Source of the DNA: an uncultured Chthoniobacter sp.
GTDB taxonomy: Bacteria; Verrucomicrobiota; Verrucomicrobiia; Chthoniobacterales; JACTMZ01
DNA length: 64,000 nucleotides
Direction of reading: 5' to 3'
Assembly: GCA_964609925.1 (NCBI GenBank)
Contig: CAZSUJ010000005.1
Location: 9,718-73,717, forward strand
In this document: positions 59,501-64,000 of the stretch, piece by piece
How positions within the stretch are numbered: the stretch's first letter is position 1
Layout: each line of letters begins with the position of its first letter
Notes under the pieces: generated by a model
What the model was told of the DNA's origin: nothing
The model's database searches: none
The model's input: the letters and a program-made list of their open reading frames with translations, nothing else
Program-made: the position numbers and the translations under genes

Positions 59501-61158
59501 AGATCCTTCCCTTGCTCCTGCTCCTCGCCTTCCTCGCGCCCGCCTCGGCCGAGGTCACCGACGTTCATGCGTGGGAGGCGCTGGTGGTGCAGGACTCCGG
59601 ACGGCGCAAGCCCGTGGGCACGTTCGGACACGAGGTGCTGGTCAAGCTGGCCGGACGCGATCCCGTCACCGCCAAGGACGGCACGACAGCCGACGGCACC
59701 GAGTTCACGTTTTCGATGCTCTACGCGCTGCGCGATTGGAGCGACGAACCCATCCTCCTCATCTCGTATCGTCCGCTCGTCGAACAACTCGGTCTCGATC
59801 CCTCGCGCAAGCGCTTCTCCCGCCGCGAACTCGCCGGCGCGGCCAACTTGACCAACCTGGCCCGCGAAGCCGCGTCGCTGCGCCAAGCCGGGCAACCGGT
59901 GCCGCGGCTCAACATCGAGGCGCAGACCGTGCTCGGGCGGCTCCAATTGTTCGATGCGCTTTCCGGCACGACGGGCTTCCTGCTCGCCCCTCCCCCGCCG
60001 GGTTCCAAGCCGGGCGCGCCGTGGCTCTCGATCGACCAACTCGCCACCACCTACCCGCCGGAAAAGGCGGGCCCGATCCTGCAGGACCTCCGGGGCGTCA
60101 ACGTCGCCTACCGGGAAGGTGACAACGCGGACTTCGCCGCCGCGGCAGTCCGGTTGCAGCGCGACCTGCGCGCCCTCAACCCCGAGGTCTATCCCACCGA
60201 TGGCGAGATCGCCCGCGAGCTTTCCTACAACCGCCTCAAGCCATTCGACTCCGCCATGTGGCTCTTCGCCGTTGCCGCCGTCATGCTCGCGGCCGGAACA
60301 CGTCACGGGTGGCGCCGTTGGCTCCTGCACGGCGGCGTGGCCGTCACGGTGGCCGGCTTCGGCTTCATCATCTGGGGCATGGTCCTCCGCGTCCTCATCT
60401 CCGGACGCGCCCCAGTCACGAACATGTATGAATCCGTGGTCTGGGTCGCCATGGGCACGGTCTTTTTCGGCCTCATCTTCTACGCCGTTTACAGGAACCG
60501 GCTCATGCTCCTGAGCGCCCTGCCGGTCAGCTTCCTCTGCCTGCTCCTCGTGCGCAGCCTGCCGGTGGCCATGCCGGCGCGGCTCGACCCGCTCGTGCCG
60601 GTGCTGCGGGACAACTTCTGGCTGACTGTGCACGTGCTCACCATCACGCTCAGCTACGCCGCCTTCGCCCTCGCCCTCGGATTCGCTCACGTCATTCTCT
60701 GGCGTTACATCCGCCGCCCCGAGACGGCCGACACATTGCGTCAGCTCCACACGTGGCTATACCGCATGATGTTCGTCGGCCTCATCCTCCTCGCCGCGGG
60801 AACCATCCTCGGCGGCGTGTGGGCGAATTACAGCTGGGGCCGATTCTGGGGCTGGGATCCCAAAGAAACGTGGGCGCTCATCGCCCTCCTCATGTATGTC
60901 GTGGCCATCCACGGCAAAATGGCCGGATGGTGGGGCGACTTCGGCATCGCCGTTGCCGCGATCATCAACTTCAGCGGCATCATCATGGCCTGGTATGGCG
61001 TGAACTACGTCCTCGGAGCCGGTCTGCACAGCTACGGCTTCGGTGTGGGCGGCGAAGGCTACGTGCTCGCCTTCCTTGCAGCCGAGGCCGCCTACGTCAT
61101 GTGGGCTGTCATCCGCCACCGTAGCCACCGCCGCACCGGGGAACTCGTGGCGGCGTGA
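59497..61158 (+). CDS. ccsA: cytochrome c biogenesis protein CcsA/ResC (system II haem handling)
   Basis: Signal peptide MKILPLLLLLAFLAPASA, a periplasmic N-domain and multiple TM helices. Trp-rich WWD-type motif WANYSWGRFWGWDPKETWAL. Confidence 0.9.
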   Translation: MKILPLLLLLAFLAPASAEVTDVHAWEALVVQDSGRRKPVGTFGHEVLVKLAGRDPVTAKDGTTADGTEFTFSMLYALRDWSDEPILLISYRPLVEQLGLDPSRKRFSRRELAGAANLTNLAREAASLRQAGQPVPRLNIEAQTVLGRLQLFDALSGTTGFLLAPPPPGSKPGAPWLSIDQLATTYPPEKAGPILQDLRGVNVAYREGDNADFAAAAVRLQRDLRALNPEVYPTDGEIARELSYNRLKPFDSAMWLFAVAAVMLAAGTRHGWRRWLLHGGVAVTVAGFGFIIWGMVLRVLISGRAPVTNMYESVVWVAMGTVFFGLIFYAVYRNRLMLLSALPVSFLCLLLVRSLPVAMPARLDPLVPVLRDNFWLTVHVLTITLSYAAFALALGFAHVILWRYIRRPETADTLRQLHTWLYRMMFVGLILLAAGTILGGVWANYSWGRFWGWDPKETWALIALLMYVVAIHGKMAGWWGDFGIAVAAIINFSGIIMAWYGVNYVLGAGLHSYGFGVGGEGYVLAFLAAEAAYVMWAVIRHRSHRRTGELVAA

Positions 61159-61221
61159 GCGGGCTCTGAGCCGTTCGCCCTCGAGCGGCGTCACCCTGCA
61201 GGCTGAGGCGGTTCGTTGCTT

Positions 61222-62097
61222 TCAGCCGGCGGGTCCGCCGAAGCAGATCGGCGATGTCGTATAGTCCAAAGGCCCGGTCGAAAGCTTTTCCACGGAGATC
61301 TCCATTCCCGCGAACTGCACCCCGCAAGACATCGTGGCAACCGAGTTGTCGGCCGCATCATGGCCGGTTCCGGTCAGGATGAATCCCGCCTGCGGCGCCA
61401 GGCAGGTGGCGTCGTAATACCACCACCGCCCGCCGAGCCAGACCTCGAAGAACGCGTGAAAATCCTGGCTGGGCAACGCCAGCGCGTAGCCGCTGCCATA
61501 GCGTGCGGGAATCCCCAAGGCGCGACAGAACGCAATTCCCAGGTGGGCGAAGTCACGGCAGACGCCGCAGCGGGAGAGCAGGCAGTCGGTGGCGCTGCTG
61601 TGCTCGTCTGTGGACCCGCGCCGGTATTCGATGTTCCGGCCGATCCAATTGCATATGGCCATCACCCGGCTGTGGCCGACCGAGAGCTGGCCGAACTCCT
61701 GCGCGGCGTAGCGGACGAGCTTGTCGGACTCGCAGTAGCGGCTCGGGTAGAGGTAGCGGGCCACGGCGGCCGGAAGTTCGACCAACGTGGCTTCGTGCGG
61801 GCTCCAATCATCCGAGAACTCGGCAACCGTCCGCACAACCTCGGCGCGGTAGGTCACCTCGAGTTCGCCGCCGGGCACGCTGGCCGCATGGAAACGCGTC
61901 AACCCATCAGGCGCGACCTGCTCGAGGAACGGGAGGCCTGCGCTACTGGAGAGCGTTTCCGTGGCGACCGACTGTCCGCTGCAACGGCTCGCGGCGATGT
62001 TGAGCAGGATCCACCCGGGCACCTCGACCCGGTATCGCAGGACGACATGGAGGGCCAGGCGGTGGGCGGTGCCCGCGGTATCGTCCGCCGGGGACAT
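61222..62097 (-). CDS. transglutaminase-like cysteine protease family protein
   Basis: Core motif SRCGVCRDFAHLGIAFCRALGIPARYGSGY...FHAFFEVWLGGRWWYYDAT (Cys-His-Asp triad context). ATG at 62095-62097, just after the upstream stop. Confidence 0.8.
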   Translation of the reverse strand: MSPADDTAGTAHRLALHVVLRYRVEVPGWILLNIAASRCSGQSVATETLSSSAGLPFLEQVAPDGLTRFHAASVPGGELEVTYRAEVVRTVAEFSDDWSPHEATLVELPAAVARYLYPSRYCESDKLVRYAAQEFGQLSVGHSRVMAICNWIGRNIEYRRGSTDEHSSATDCLLSRCGVCRDFAHLGIAFCRALGIPARYGSGYALALPSQDFHAFFEVWLGGRWWYYDATCLAPQAGFILTGTGHDAADNSVATMSCGVQFAGMEISVEKLSTGPLDYTTSPICFGGPAG

Positions 62098-62101
62098 GTG
62101 C

Positions 62102-62323
62102 TCAGGCCCTGCGTCGGGCGGCAAAGAACAGCACGATTCCACCACCGAGGGCGACGAACCCGAGAATGGGGGCCAGCGGAATGGTGTGCGTCCGTTGAGT
62201 CGAGATCTGCAATGGCCCGAGGTCCAGCGCCTTCTCGGACGTGGTGTAGGTGATGCCTTGGTAAGTCAGGGCGACGACGCCCAGAATGACGAGGATCACG
62301 GAGGCGATAACGAGTGGTTTCAT
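62102..62323 (-). CDS. small two-TM membrane protein (73 aa)
   Basis: MKPLVIASVILVILGVVALTY ... IPLAPILGFVALGGGIVLFFAARRRA. Tightly packed with neighbours. Confidence 0.45.
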   Translation of the reverse strand: MKPLVIASVILVILGVVALTYQGITYTTSEKALDLGPLQISTQRTHTIPLAPILGFVALGGGIVLFFAARRRA

Positions 62324-62329
62324 GGTGGT

Positions 62330-62503
62330 TCAGATGACTTTGAAGACGAGGAGCAACCCGAGCAGGACCAAGGCGAACGCCCACCCGGGCGGGACGCCGG
62401 GCATGAGCCGGCTGACAGCCGGCTCAGCGGCCCACGCCACGAGCACGGAAAGCAGGATGGTCACCGGCAGAGCGGCGGTTGCGGGCAGGGTGAGGGTGTT
62501 CAT
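62330..62503 (-). CDS. possible small two-TM membrane protein (57 aa)
   Basis: Only the last 57 codons of ORF 62330..62932 look protein-like (MNTLTLPATAALPVTILLSVLVAWAA...WAFALVLLGLLLVFKVI). ATG at 62501-62503. Confidence 0.3.
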   Translation of the reverse strand: MNTLTLPATAALPVTILLSVLVAWAAEPAVSRLMPGVPPGWAFALVLLGLLLVFKVI

Positions 62504-62576
62504 CGGGATCTTTGGTGGCGAAGACACCCTGCCTGCGCTTCTCGTCGCCGGCCATGGGGTGTAACCCTCAGCCGGG

Positions 62577-63077
62577 ATGAGGCCCGACTCACAACTGGAG
62601 TGTTCACCCCATGGATGCGGCGTCCCGACGGCCCCAATCTCCGTGGAACAAGTGAAAACCAACGAACGCATGGCCGCCATTTTCCGCCGCACACCCGGCC
62701 TGACCAACGGAGGCCGCGACCGGGAGCAGGAAGCAGCCGACTTGGGCGGGGTCACCTCGGCAGCGGCGTTCAAGCTGTCTGCCTCCGACCTCATGCTGCA
62801 CGAGTCCCGCCAACTCCAGCAGCACCTTCTCGATCTCACCCGCCGGCTCTTGACCGTCGGTGAACTGGAGCACCGGCGCATCGGGGGCGGCTTGCAGGAC
62901 CAGATCCTGCAGACCCTGGTGGGCATCCACATCCGGTTGCTGGCCTTAGACCGTCAGGTCTCACTCAGCGGTGATGACTTGAATAAACACATCGCCACCG
63001 TGCGCCGCGCGCTGCAAGAGTCATGGAACACACTGCGGCGAACCACCCGCGCCGGGGCTGTCAAAAATGAAGGCTGA
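62577..63077 (+). CDS. stand-alone HisKA_3-like (DHp) protein lacking the phospho-acceptor His and any ATPase domain
   Basis: LTRRLLTVGELEHRRIGGGLQDQILQTLVGIHIRLLAL parallels LLLVQEEERKRISRELHDVVAQALSSINVHLTLL of the next gene, with His replaced by Gln. The true start may be the ATG at 62670 (MAAIFRR). An 11-nt overlap joins it to the kinase gene. Confidence 0.5.
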   Translation: MRPDSQLECSPHGCGVPTAPISVEQVKTNERMAAIFRRTPGLTNGGRDREQEAADLGGVTSAAAFKLSASDLMLHESRQLQQHLLDLTRRLLTVGELEHRRIGGGLQDQILQTLVGIHIRLLALDRQVSLSGDDLNKHIATVRRALQESWNTLRRTTRAGAVKNEG

Positions 63078-63951
63078 GCGCCATGACCCAACGCGAACCC
63101 GTCAGCGGGCGGGAGGCGGGCAAGCTGTGGTCAAGGCGAAGACATCGGTTTCCGAACTGACCCGCCGCATCAGCCGTTTGACCCGCGAGAACGCGAAGCT
63201 GCGCCGCGCGCTCGCCCACGGCGCGGAGTTCGGAGGATCCCGCGGCAAGAAAGAGCGCACGCCGCAGGAACTGCGCCAGTTGTCCCGACGCCTCCTGCTC
63301 GTGCAGGAAGAGGAGCGCAAGCGGATCAGCCGAGAGTTGCACGACGTCGTGGCCCAAGCGCTCTCCTCGATCAACGTCCACCTCACGCTCCTCAAGGGCC
63401 AGAGCGCAGCCAACACAAAGGACCTCCACCGGAAGATCGCTGCGACCCAGCAACTCGTGCGCAAGTCGGTCGAGATCGTCCATCGGTTCGCAAGGGACCT
63501 GCGCCCGGCCGTGCTGGACGATCTGGGACTGGTGCCTGCCCTGCGCTCCCATCTAAAGATCGTGGCGGCCGAGTCGCGGTTGAGGATTTCCTTCAAATCC
63601 ATCCCGGCCGTCGAGGCGCTGGGACTGGAGGAAAAGACCGTGCTCTACCGTGTTGTTCAGGAGGCCATGGCGAACATCGTCCAGCACGCCAGAGCCACCA
63701 AAGTCGCCGTCGTGATAACCCGCCGGGCCGGCGTCATTCGCATGACCGTCCACGACAACGGTTGCGGCTTCCGGATACGGAGTGTTCTGGCCAAGGACAC
63801 AGGCGCGCACCTTGGTCTGCTCGGCATGCGGGAGCGCGTGGAAATGATCGGCGGCGTCTTTGCCGTGGAGTCCACCCCGGGCCGCTCCACCACCGTGCGC
63901 GTGTCGGTTCCGTGCGCCACCGACGCCGGGCAAACGGAGGGCGCAAGATGA
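63067..63951 (+). CDS. soluble NarL-type sensor histidine kinase (coiled coil + HisKA_3 + HATPase_c)
   Basis: H-box EEERKRISRELHDVVAQ, N-box VVQEAMANIVQHA, G-boxes HDNGCGF and GLLGMRERVEMIGG. No TM segment. Confidence 0.85.
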   Translation: MKAERHDPTRTRQRAGGGQAVVKAKTSVSELTRRISRLTRENAKLRRALAHGAEFGGSRGKKERTPQELRQLSRRLLLVQEEERKRISRELHDVVAQALSSINVHLTLLKGQSAANTKDLHRKIAATQQLVRKSVEIVHRFARDLRPAVLDDLGLVPALRSHLKIVAAESRLRISFKSIPAVEALGLEEKTVLYRVVQEAMANIVQHARATKVAVVITRRAGVIRMTVHDNGCGFRIRSVLAKDTGAHLGLLGMRERVEMIGGVFAVESTPGRSTTVRVSVPCATDAGQTEGAR

Positions 63952-64000
63952 GCCAGATCCGGGTGCTCTTGGCCGAGGATCAAGTGATGGTCAGGGAGGC
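63948..64000 (+). CDS. response regulator (NarL/LuxR type likely), 5' end only
   Basis: The ATG overlaps the kinase stop (ATGA at 63948-63951). MSQIRVLLAEDQVMVRE is a typical receiver N-terminus. Truncated by the window end. Confidence 0.6.
   Translation, partial: MSQIRVLLAEDQVMVRE

Noticed and set aside
62330-62932. 200-aa minus-strand ORF overlapping the DHp-only gene.
   Set aside because: Apart from its last 57 codons (two hydrophobic helices) the translation is Arg/Ser/Cys-rich and antisense to a plus-strand ORF with recognisable HisKA_3 similarity.

Overview
Gene-dense, high-GC bacterial chromosomal window. Single 60-nt lines counted by hand give about 75% G+C at 1-60, versus about 50-53% at 31201, 34801 and 49621. 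About 55 protein-coding genes are supportable. I saw no rRNA, tRNA or CRISPR array. The ORF track reports the longest ORF and accepts GTG/TTG starts, so several starts were re-derived from the sequence. Many long ORFs are antisense shadows of real genes. Housekeeping blocks: accB-accC-thiE-psuG (translationally coupled), agmatine deiminase, a LytS/LytTR pair, UbiB, LysS, an SDR, and system II cytochrome c biogenesis (resB-ccsA). Accessory content: an edge-truncated S8 protease with PATR repeats; a 1124-aa AA10 LPMO-CBM2-CBM2-Calx-GH9 fusion; three type II toxin-antitoxin pairs; FGE plus a tightly coupled sulfatase/OMP/HAD/unknown/DUF4105 operon; an orphan B12-radical-SAM cassette flanked by small membrane proteins; and two PEP-CTERM repeat proteins, one of about 1940 aa. 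A lower-GC island (about 27.8-40.4 kb) carries an atypical heavy-metal RND cluster, nested IS debris and an MmeI-family type IIL restriction-modification gene. There is also an OMP/cupredoxin/adenylate-cyclase module and a His-less DHp-only paralogue upstream of a NarL-type kinase. The most unexplained signal is an exactly phased array of 11 x 21-bp units (40160-40385), each a TGT[G/T]C-N6-G[C/A]ACA dyad, just downstream of the MmeI-like gene and with no partner DNA-binding gene in the window. PEP-CTERM anchors and PATR repeats suggest a Verrucomicrobiota-like organism, but that is inference only. All family calls rest on motif recognition by eye; no database search was run.
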